Below are positions 19,597 through 27,235 of a stretch of 64,000 nucleotides of DNA, piece by piece (position 1 is the first letter of the stretch; every line of letters begins with the position of its first letter). Origin of the DNA: an uncultured Pseudohongiella sp. (GTDB taxonomy: Bacteria > Pseudomonadota > Gammaproteobacteria > Pseudomonadales > Pseudohongiellaceae); assembly GCA_965261275.1 (NCBI GenBank), contig CBDHCL010000005.1, positions 744,710 through 808,709 on the forward strand, written 5' to 3'. The position numbers and the translations under genes were made by a program. A model generated the notes under the pieces. It worked only from the letters and a program-made list of their open reading frames with translations. It was not told the DNA's origin and did not search any database.

Positions 19597-20852
19597 CGGC
19601 TTGTCGGTTAATTGAAAAACAATGTCAAAATTCACCTATTTGTTCAAATAAACGACAATAGGCCGCTTTATTTAAGGTCCAATGGGCTGTTTTAGGCTAT
19701 GGGCGCCTTAAATCTGCCCTTTAGACAAATTTAAGGCGGATTTATCCTGGGCAGGCAGCAAATTGATGTTTTCAAAATCCAGCGTAATCACTCTTTTGAG
19801 ATTGAAAGTCAGTGCGCGAATGCCTGGTTGAAATTGCACCTTCTGCAAACCTCGATAACGAACACGCCGGTTACGGTGCGCAAAGACAGGTTCATAAGGT
19901 GAACGCATTGCTGAAAGCCAACCATCTTTTTTAGCATCTTTGCCTTTCATAGTGGCTTTCTTAATCGTCGCATCATGACAGCCTTTGCGCTTGAGGGTGG
20001 TTTTGGCCGGGTTCACACAGTACCCCTTATCACCCCTTATCACCAAAAGCAGCACCTCCACCGGAGCAAGCGTGAGCAACACCTCCAGCATCGGTTATTG
20101 CCGCCGATGTGGCCGCAACCTTATTGATTAAACCGCTCTGCATATCAACCGATGCCTGTTCTTTATAACCCTGCCAAAACTTGTTACCGCCCTTACAAGC
20201 AAAGCGTGCCTGTTTATCAACCGCTATTTTTTCAGTGGTCTTATTAGTAAATTCCTCTAAACCGGCCTTAATGGCACGATCTCTATCGTCCCAGGTGGTC
20301 AGCTTGCTCGTGACTGGCATCAACAAAGGTAAAGACTTCGCGAATTAAACCCATAGACTTCAGTTCTTTACGAACACGGTTAAAAATCGCCATTAAGTTT
20401 TTTGTGCCTGGTCTGCACCCAAGCACTTTCGAAAATCACCAAAGTAACTGTGATCCGGAATCTTCTCTCCCAAGCCAATTCGCAAAACCATTTTCCAGAA
20501 GTGCACTCTTGCAAAAAAATATTCTCTCGCAAAAAAAATCCCATTCGCAAAAAACGCGCCATTTCACGATCACTACTATCTTCCATGAATTGCAAAACCA
20601 GGGCGCGTAAGCCAAAGGCCACTCCTTTTTCTTTGCGAGCGTCTTTGTGACCTTCTAACCGAATAGAGGTCAACCTAAGGTTTGGCCAGTTCCTCGAATG
20701 AAAGTAAAGCATCAAGCTTACGATAGGGATGGTCTGCTGCTACCAGATCGTCTAGCGTCATAAACAACGTGGTTTGTTGGCGTTTGCTCATAAATAAGAA
20801 CTCTTTTGAATTTCGGGTCATCTCATGCTTTCAGGTTATTAACCGACAAGCC
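19597..20852 (-). mobile_element. IS5-family insertion sequence relic inside the MITE-a left arm
   Basis: Bounded by inverted GGCTTGTCGGTTAA (19598-19611) and TTAACCGACAAGCC (20839-20852). CCTTGT is present on both flanks (19591-19596, 20853-20858). Exact ends are uncertain by a few bp. Confidence 0.65.
19708..20791 (-). pseudogene. IS5-family DDE transposase, multiply frameshifted
   Basis: N-terminus MSKRQQTTLFMTLDDLVAADHPYRKLDALL (InsH/DUF772-like). Pieces lie in three frames (20380..20715, 20030..20326, 19708..20091). GDKGY and RYRGL..V segments are present. A 10-bp tandem duplication lies at 20023-20042. Confidence 0.8.
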
Positions 20853-20975
20853 CCTTGTGGATTTGGGTGGTTTACTGGATTCCTGCTTTCGAGACTGTGC
20901 AAGAAACCCTCGCCAGGTCGCGTTAGCGGTGGAAAAGCCTTGCCGGTTTGGGTGTTTTACTGGATTCCTGCCTTC

Positions 20976-22845
20976 GAGACTGTGCAAAAACCCACCACCC
21001 CTGGTCACATTCTCATTACTGCCCTAATTCACCGACCTTGCTGGTATTTTAAGCCGATACACCGCCTCTGTAAAAATACCCAATAATTACAGTAATAAAC
21101 ATCCAAAACCTGACTCAATTATGATACAATAACGAACATAACTAACTGATTCTAATCATTAAACAGAGGATTTATGAGTGATTACATACACGGTTTAAAT
21201 CGCCAGCAACAACTGTTATTCCCAGAGCGGCTAGAGGATTATGTCAGCGAGGATGCGGGTGTTCGTGCCATTGATGCCTATGTGGATAGTTTAGAAGTTG
21301 AGGCCTTGGGCTTTAAGACAAGATATAGCGACAAAAACAACAATGGCCGCCCCGCCTTTTGCCCAAAATTGATGTTGAAACTCTACATTTACGGCTATAC
21401 CAATAAAATAAGAAGTTCCCGCCATCTGGCTCGGGAAACCCATAGAAATATCGAGCTTATCTGGTTATTGCAAGGCTTAAAGCCCACCTATAAGACGATT
21501 GCTAATTTTAGAAAAAATAATGCCGCAGCACTCAAGAATACATTTAAGGAATTTGTTTTGCTGTGCCAAAATATCAATCTCATTGAAGGTCAATTAGTGG
21601 CACTGGATGGAGCGTTTTTGCGAGCCAATGCGTCCAAAAATACCTTGATTGTTAAAGCCACTGTGGATAAAAAAATAGCCAGGGTAACGCAGGCTATTGA
21701 GGACTACCTGAACTTATTAAACACCACAGACCAGCAGGAGGAACCGGAACAGACTCTGGATAATCCTGATTTGATTGATAAAATACAAGCACTTAAAGAG
21801 CGCAAACAAAAGCTGGAAGAGGATTTGAATACCTTAGAGCAATTGGGCAAGAAGCAACATAACACAACCGACCCGGATGCCGCATTGATGTGCAAACCAG
21901 CGCATCATCTGGTCGCTTATAACTGCCAAATTGCGGTGGATGACAAAGCAAAGCTGATTGTTGCTACGGATGTATCAAGTCAAGGCAATGACGCACAGCA
22001 GTTGCATCAGATGGCAAGTCAGGCGAAAGAAACCTTAGCCCTTAAGACTTTGGCTGTGGTTGCCGACAAGGGCTATCACAGTGCAAAAGAGATAAAGAAC
22101 TGTGTTGATGACAAAATCTACCCAATCATCCCGCCAATTGATACGCAACAGAAACAAAAGAAGACTGGCAGATATACTAAAGAGGATTTTGTCTATAACG
22201 AGGAGCAAGACGAATACACCTGCCCCAACAACAAAACACTGACAAAAACAGCAAGCCCAAGCCTATCCAAAGGCAAGCTTGGGTTTATTTATAGCACCAG
22301 TGCCCTAGATTGCAAGGCTTGCCCTTTGCGTAGCGAGTGCCTGGCAAAGCAAACACCTCACCGAAGAATATGGCGCTGGGAACATGAAGCCTTTTTACAA
22401 GCCTATGGTGAGGTAATGCAAACAGAATCAGCCAAGGCGATTAGCAAAAGAAGAGGGGCGATTGTGGAGCATCCTTTTGGCACCATAAAGAGGTCATTAG
22501 GCTGGGATCACTACCTGGTCAGAGGCAAAGAAAAAGTATCAGGAGAAAATGCATTGATTATGTTTTGCTATAACTTTAAGCGTGTTTTGAACATGTTAGG
22601 CACCATGCTGTTCAATAAGCTGTTATTGGCTATAAAAGCAGGCAATATTGAAGCCGTAATGGAAGAAATCAAGCGACATCTTTCTTTTTGCGTCCACTAT
22701 TCGATGGTTTATGCCAGAAATGCTTATTTTTGCAATAAACAAGCTTATTTCACCTGCCGGCTTTTCATAAGAATCCTTTTTTACCCGTACAGGACTCAAA
22801 ATGCTCAATGGTGGGTTGGTGAGTCGGCGTTTGTTGCACAGTCTC
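20976..22845 (+). mobile_element. IS1182-family insertion sequence, apparently intact (1870 bp)
   Basis: TIRs GAGACTGTGCAA (20976-) and TTGCACAGTCTC (-22845). Flanking CTTC duplication (20972-20975 and 22846-22849). Single long transposase ORF. Confidence 0.85.
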
Positions 22846-22859
22846 CTTCGCAGGAATGA
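21174..22859 (+). CDS. IS1182-family transposase
   Basis: LNRQQQLLFPERLEDYVSEDAGVRAIDAYVDSLEVEALGF...GRPAFCPKLMLKLYIYGYTNKIRSSRHLARETHRNIELIWL N-terminal domain. ALDGAF, VADKGYHS and VEHPFGTIK (D, D, E regions). Zn-finger-like CPNNK...CKACPLRSEC. The ORF runs through the right TIR and stops in flanking DNA. Confidence 0.9.
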   Translation: MSDYIHGLNRQQQLLFPERLEDYVSEDAGVRAIDAYVDSLEVEALGFKTRYSDKNNNGRPAFCPKLMLKLYIYGYTNKIRSSRHLARETHRNIELIWLLQGLKPTYKTIANFRKNNAAALKNTFKEFVLLCQNINLIEGQLVALDGAFLRANASKNTLIVKATVDKKIARVTQAIEDYLNLLNTTDQQEEPEQTLDNPDLIDKIQALKERKQKLEEDLNTLEQLGKKQHNTTDPDAALMCKPAHHLVAYNCQIAVDDKAKLIVATDVSSQGNDAQQLHQMASQAKETLALKTLAVVADKGYHSAKEIKNCVDDKIYPIIPPIDTQQKQKKTGRYTKEDFVYNEEQDEYTCPNNKTLTKTASPSLSKGKLGFIYSTSALDCKACPLRSECLAKQTPHRRIWRWEHEAFLQAYGEVMQTESAKAISKRRGAIVEHPFGTIKRSLGWDHYLVRGKEKVSGENALIMFCYNFKRVLNMLGTMLFNKLLLAIKAGNIEAVMEEIKRHLSFCVHYSMVYARNAYFCNKQAYFTCRLFIRILFYPYRTQNAQWWVGESAFVAQSPSQE

Positions 22860-23126
22860 CGGGGTGGTGCGGGAATGACGAATGTTGAGTTTTTGCACAG
22901 TCTCTTTCGCAGGAATGACGGCGGTGCGGGAATGACAAATATTGGATTTTTGCACACTCTGGGACTGTTGATTAATTCAAAATCGGTTCAATTTAGAAAA
23001 ATACTATGTTTAATGGCAATGACTTAAACGTTCACAACAAGCTAAAAACTCCATTTTCCGACAAGCTCACTCTCCCAACTGCCAAGTATCCACTAACTCT
23101 CGCTGGAAGCAGGCGGAAGGTGAGGT

Positions 23127-23289
23127 GAGGTGAGTAAATCGCTGCTGTATCGAGTTGCAGGGCAGAATAGTCACAAGCCCTGTGTTGTGCGCCCATTGGG
23201 TGATGGAGGGTTTTGTTGCCGACCTTTGCTGCTAACCAGTGTACAGCTGAGGCTTTCTGCGTTTTGGGGATTTCTATCCGGGACAGGGG
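23127..23289. repeat. ~165-bp non-coding paralogous element, copy B
   Basis: Aligns with 3336-3499 in the same orientation. Preceded by (GGTGAG)x3. Ends at the stop codon of the convergent 23298..23933 gene. Confidence 0.8.
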
Positions 23290-23297
23290 TGCTGATG

Positions 23298-23933
23298 CTA
23301 GCCTGCAAAGGTTTGGTAGCTCGCCAACACCCCCAACGCCGCCACGAACATTGCACCCATGCGAATAGTGAGTTGTGACGACAACACCTGCATGTCTTTT
23401 TTTATTTCGAGCCGGAGCGATTCAATGTCTCTGTGGATGATTTCAATGTCTTTCTTGGTCTCGGCTCGGAGCGATTCAATGTCTTTGTGGATGATTTCAA
23501 TGTCTTTCCTGGTCTCGGCTCGGAGCGATTCAATGTCTTTGTGGATGATTTCAATGTCTTTCCTGGTCTCGGCCCGGAACGATTCGATGTCTCTGTGGAT
23601 GATTTCAATGTCTTTTTTGGTCTCGGCCCGGAACGATTCGATGTCTTTGTGAATGATTTCAATGTCTTTCTGTGTGGCCAGCCTTAGTGCTTCTATGTCT
23701 GCACGGGTTTTCTCAATATCCTGCCGCAGCAACGCAGTATCCTGCTGCACCGCCGCAATATCCTGCCGCAGCAACGCAATATCCCGCTGCACCAACGCAA
23801 TATCCTGTTTGCTTGCCACGTTTTCATTCAAAATCCGCGCCTGCAAAGACACAACGGCCTGCGCCTGTTCTTCGACAAAGCCGCTGCTAACCAGCTCTTT
23901 TACCTCTCGGTAAGTATCCAGTACTTGAGTCAT
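23298..23933 (-). CDS. DUF1640-like coiled-coil protein with C-terminal membrane anchor and tandem repeats
   Basis: Five 18-aa repeats (KDIEIIH(K/R)DIES(F/L)RAET(K/R)). 11-aa heptad-like repeats (QDIALLRQDIA). C-terminal TM helix MGAMFVAALGVLASY. Family assignment is from memory. Confidence 0.6.
   Translation of the reverse strand: MTQVLDTYREVKELVSSGFVEEQAQAVVSLQARILNENVASKQDIALVQRDIALLRQDIAAVQQDTALLRQDIEKTRADIEALRLATQKDIEIIHKDIESFRAETKKDIEIIHRDIESFRAETRKDIEIIHKDIESLRAETRKDIEIIHKDIESLRAETKKDIEIIHRDIESLRLEIKKDMQVLSSQLTIRMGAMFVAALGVLASYQTFAG
23409..23678. repeat. 54-bp tandem repeat x5 within the DUF1640-like CDS
   Basis: Units start at 23409, 23463, 23517, 23571 and 23625. Units 2 and 3 are identical. 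Confidence 0.9.
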
Positions 23934-23991
23934 ACCAACAGTATAGCTTGTTATGTCTGTAATGTCCTCCCTCAGCCTTGTCCAATATGAA

Positions 23992-24105
23992 ATGAGTCTG
24001 GAGCGGGCGGCCAGGAAACACTGCTATGACTACCCACATCCGGCCGCAAGCCCCGATAGTGTCGTATTCACTATTCGTGAAGGGCGGCCAGGCTTATTGC
24101 TGTAA
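23992..24105 (+). pseudogene. possible relic of the N-terminus of a Nudix hydrolase gene
   Basis: 37-codon ORF MSLERAARKHCYDYPHPAASPDSVVFTIREGRPGLLL* resembles the start of ADP-ribose-pyrophosphatase/NrtR-type Nudix domains and stops before the Nudix box. Confidence 0.3.
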
Positions 24106-24120
24106 ATCTGCTCAGGGAAA

Positions 24121-24726
24121 TTACAACAAATTTTCTTTTCTCCAAACCAGAAGTTGATTATTGGCGGGCATGACATGATCTTCGACGAGTTGGAATCCAC
24201 CTGTTTTTGCCAGGCCGTCTACCCATTCGAAATCTCTGATTCCACTTGCCGGATTCCTGTCTTTAAGCCACCGATCAAAACCGGCATTGCTTTCGGTGGT
24301 GAAATTTCCACCGTATTTGAAGGGACCGTAGACTAACAAGTACCCCTGGCCAAGCTGCTTGCATACTCCCATGAAAAAATTTTCAACAGAACCAGTGGAC
24401 ATTATATGAAGGCTATTTGCACTAAAAATGCTACTCGGCGCACCACATAGCCAGGGTGCCTGGTTTACATCCAGGGGGATGGCCGCAGGAAGGTTTTCCA
24501 GCCCGGCTGCTACAATGCGCAGGTTCAGGCTTTTTACATTGTTCGGTATATCCGATGGCTGCCAATGTAGTTCGGGCATATTCTCAGTAAAGAACACGGC
24601 ATGCTGGCCAGTGCCAGCGGCTATTTCCAATACCTTGTCACCCCTTTCCAGATATTTCTTAAGTACGTCGAGAATGGCCTGCTTGTTGTTTTCACTGGCT
24701 TGACTGAATGGTAGTGGCTGATTCAT
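24121..24726 (-). CDS. DUF938-family class I SAM-dependent methyltransferase
   Basis: SENNKQAILDVLKKYL..GDKVLEIAAGTGQHAVFF...LHWQPSD matches the DUF938 N-terminal pattern. Confidence 0.7.
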   Translation of the reverse strand: MNQPLPFSQASENNKQAILDVLKKYLERGDKVLEIAAGTGQHAVFFTENMPELHWQPSDIPNNVKSLNLRIVAAGLENLPAAIPLDVNQAPWLCGAPSSIFSANSLHIMSTGSVENFFMGVCKQLGQGYLLVYGPFKYGGNFTTESNAGFDRWLKDRNPASGIRDFEWVDGLAKTGGFQLVEDHVMPANNQLLVWRKENLL

Positions 24727-24820
24727 TCAAGGTACTCTCTTTCAAGGTGCTCTCTTTGTGAATGGCTGTGATCAGCCCGGGGCTGGTCAGCAGCGGGAAA
24801 TCTGAGGTAGAAACCGCCGG

Positions 24821-25594
24821 CTATTGGGGGTCGCGCAGGAACACAGGTTGGGCGACCGTTGAATCCGTCTCGCTATAACGGTAGCCATCGACATTGAACT
24901 GTTTTAGCTTAGCGGGGTTCTTAATTCTGTTCTTTATAATATAGGCCACCATAGCACCTCGTGCCTTTTTGGCAAAGAAGCTAATAATCTTGTACTGGCC
25001 GCTGGAAAAATCCTTGAAGCGTGGCGTTACCACTTTCGCGTTTAGTTGATTCGGTTTTATTGCGCTGAAATACTCGTTCGAGGCGAGGTTGATCAGAACT
25101 GGTTTGTTCTCCTGCTCGAATAAACTATTCAAATTCTCAGTCAGTTTGCTGCCCCAGAATTGGTATAAATTCCTTCCCTTCTTGTTGTTAAGTTTAGAAC
25201 CCATTTCCAGCCGATAGGCTTGCATCAAATCGAGTGGACGCAACAAGCCATAAAGACCTGAAAGGATACGCAGGTGTTTCTGCGCGAAATTTAAATCCGC
25301 CGTCGAGAACTGTTCTGCCTCCAGACCAATATAAACATCGCCCTTGAAGGCGAAGATTGCCTGCCTGGCATTTTTTAGATCGAAGGGTGTGTGCCAGTTG
25401 GCGAAGCGTTGCTGGTTGAGCTCGCCAAGATTGCTGCTTATCTGCATAAGCCCGGAAACATCTTCTGGACTCATCTTCCTCAACTGGCTTACAAGCTCGG
25501 TAGACTCTGCCAGATATTCTGGCTCAGTGAATCTTCGAGTCTTGATTCTTGATTCGAAATCGAGAGACTTGGCGGGAGATATTACGATTAGCAT
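24821..25594 (-). CDS. yaaA: peroxide stress protein YaaA (UPF0246)
   Basis: MLIVISPAKSLDFES N-terminus. 257 aa. Confidence 0.85.
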   Translation of the reverse strand: MLIVISPAKSLDFESRIKTRRFTEPEYLAESTELVSQLRKMSPEDVSGLMQISSNLGELNQQRFANWHTPFDLKNARQAIFAFKGDVYIGLEAEQFSTADLNFAQKHLRILSGLYGLLRPLDLMQAYRLEMGSKLNNKKGRNLYQFWGSKLTENLNSLFEQENKPVLINLASNEYFSAIKPNQLNAKVVTPRFKDFSSGQYKIISFFAKKARGAMVAYIIKNRIKNPAKLKQFNVDGYRYSETDSTVAQPVFLRDPQ

Positions 25595-25642
25595 GGTGTG
25601 ATTACTCTTGTATTACTTTTCAACGGCACACTGATTTTAGGG

Positions 25643-26158
25643 CTATTCCTGATCTTCGAAATCCAGCCACCATTCTAGTGGTGTGGTTCCATCTTCTGGA
25701 TCATAGACATTGCCATAATACCAAACTGTATCGGGATAATCTTTGCAGACTAACCCTAATAGCTCCTCAATAGCCTGGAAACCTATGGAGAAGTGAATGC
25801 TATAAACCAGCGCTCGGTCAGTCTGGTTATCCAGGCTGCCGCCCAGTTTTTCGATTTTGGCCGTCAGTTTCTCAGCCAACAGATCCAGTTGATGTAAGCG
25901 GAAAACCCGGATAGAAAGGTTTCCACTGCGACGCAACAGCGCATACTCGGCGGATGAAGGGTTGATGACCTTGAGTTTGTCTCCTGCTGCCAGATTTCGG
26001 GCTAGCAGGGGTGACCGTAGCAGCCGAACCTCGTCTTCGCTGTCTTCTACCAGCTCAACTTCCAGGCTTTCGAAAACAGGTTCGCCTTCGGCATTAATGC
26101 CCGCGAGGAAAGGAAGTTCCAGTCTGTCCGCAGATTCAGAATCGCTGGCAGTGCCCAA
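25643..26158 (-). CDS. hypothetical protein
   Basis: 171-aa acidic soluble ORF with good coding appearance. No family recognised with confidence. Confidence 0.45.
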   Translation of the reverse strand: MGTASDSESADRLELPFLAGINAEGEPVFESLEVELVEDSEDEVRLLRSPLLARNLAAGDKLKVINPSSAEYALLRRSGNLSIRVFRLHQLDLLAEKLTAKIEKLGGSLDNQTDRALVYSIHFSIGFQAIEELLGLVCKDYPDTVWYYGNVYDPEDGTTPLEWWLDFEDQE

Positions 26159-26250
26159 TAGCTTTCACCTCAATAATCATGTGTGTGTGGATGGAACGGT
26201 GTTTAACAGGTAAGCTAGCCGGATCAGGAGTCCAACTGTTACCAGCACGG

Positions 26251-26613
26251 ATGACAATGATAGAGCGCTTACAGCGAATTGCTACTTTTTTGGCCCGGTT
26301 TCGACTGTTGCTGGTTGTCATGGCGGGCTTTTCTCTGGTTTTGTTGCTGCTCAGTGTGTTAGAGAACCCGTGGCTTAGCGATGACGCCTTGCTAATTCCA
26401 TCTATTCTAGCCTTTTGCTGGGCCTTGATTCTGTACAGTATTAGCGAGTTATTCCTTGCTGTGCCGCCTGTCCCCGCGCCCGATGCAGGGTTTCGAATGC
26501 GCTTCTCTGTCAGCCTGCGGCGGCTATTGCTCTGGATTTTAGGCTTGCTGTGCCTGGCTAGCAGTGCGGCTCTGCTGCTGCTCAGTTACCAGTTGTTAAG
26601 AACCTGGTTGTAG
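26251..26613 (+). CDS. hypothetical membrane protein
   Basis: Probable start MTMIERLQ at 26251. Three to four hydrophobic helices. No family recognised. Confidence 0.4.
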   Translation: MTMIERLQRIATFLARFRLLLVVMAGFSLVLLLLSVLENPWLSDDALLIPSILAFCWALILYSISELFLAVPPVPAPDAGFRMRFSVSLRRLLLWILGLLCLASSAALLLLSYQLLRTWL

Positions 26614-26731
26614 CCGGGCCGGGGAGAGTCCCGCTTCTGATTGTTAGTGTGCAATAATGCAAATCTGATATTGGCGGTGGATTGGTTGCCAACTAACAAG
26701 AAAAATAAAATAGTAGTTCAAAAGCAGTTTC

Positions 26732-27235
26732 ATGGAAAAGCTCTCCAGATTCATCGATAAACTGACAGATCGAATGGGTCAAACCGTTTCCTGGCTCACC
26801 CTGGCCATGGTTCTGGTCATGGCAATGATCGTTGTACTGCGCTATGTGTTTCAGATTGGCTCCATCGCTCTGCAAGAATCTGTTATTTATCTCAATGCAA
26901 TAATATTCGCCTTCGGCGCGGCGTACACCCTAAAAGAACAAGGGCATGTAAGAGTCGATATTTTCTATAGCCGTTTAGCGGAAAGAAATCGTGCATGGAT
27001 TGATCTTCTTGGCACACTTTTCTTTCTTGTTCCTGCAACGCTATTTGTCATCTGGGTCAGTTGGGATTATGTTGCGCTGTCGTGGCGGATAAAGGAAGGG
27101 TCAGCGGAAGCCAGCGGGCTGCCGCTCATCTACCTGCTTAAAGCAACTATTTTGATTTTACCCACGCTACTTTTAGTACAAGGCATTGCAGAGATTCTAA
27201 AGATTCTTTCTGTAATAAGACAGCGTGATAAATAG
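26732..27235 (+). CDS. dctQ: TRAP transporter small permease
   Basis: 167 aa, four TM helices. Stop overlaps the dctM start (TAGTG). Confidence 0.8.
   Translation: MEKLSRFIDKLTDRMGQTVSWLTLAMVLVMAMIVVLRYVFQIGSIALQESVIYLNAIIFAFGAAYTLKEQGHVRVDIFYSRLAERNRAWIDLLGTLFFLVPATLFVIWVSWDYVALSWRIKEGSAEASGLPLIYLLKATILILPTLLLVQGIAEILKILSVIRQRDK

Larger units (their letters stand above)
20891..22904 (+). mobile_element. inner MITE (MITE-b), split by the IS1182-family element
   Basis: Left arm 20891-20975 (GAGACTGTGCAAGAAACCCTCGCC...GGATTCCTGCCTTC). Right arm 22846-22904 (CTTCGCAGGAATGACGG...TTGCACAGTCTC). Flanked by TTTC (20887-20890 and 22905-22908). Confidence 0.8.
19544..22961 (+). mobile_element. outer MITE (MITE-a), split by three nested insertions
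   Basis: Left arm 19544-19596 plus 20853-20890 (GAAACTGTGTGAGAAACCCTCGCCAGG...GGATTCCTGCTTTC). Right arm 22905-22961 (TTTCGCAGGAATGACGG...TTGCACACTCTG). Joined, these reconstruct the 139-bp consensus. Confidence 0.75.

Noticed and set aside
20769-21086. ORFs 20769..21086, 20806..21027 and 20823..21008, and the similar 10427..10648, 10493..10768, 2774..3103, 59812..60027 and 59823..60065
   Set aside because: They are translations of MITE and IS-leader sequence. The same pseudo-peptides recur wherever the repeat occurs.
22846-22961. Two ~58-bp direct repeats after the IS, and the 54-bp array at 23409-23678, considered as a possible CRISPR array
   Set aside because: There are no unique spacers between the repeats. 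The first pair are the right arms of two nested MITEs. The second is an in-frame coding repeat.
3336-23289. The two ~165-bp direct repeats considered as att-like boundaries of a 20-kb genomic island
   Set aside because: The interval contains core genes (mpl, rhlE, ubiX, a TonB-dependent receptor, SLC13). No integrase or tRNA gene is present. The copies are too diverged for recent att duplication.
23359-23913. Repetitive ORFs on the plus strand, and one alternative minus frame, across the 54-bp array (23359..23652, 23433..23687, 23653..23913, 23402..23662)
   Set aside because: They are artefacts of the tandem repeat keeping all frames open. Only the 23298..23933 frame has a start context, coiled-coil periodicity and a terminal TM helix.
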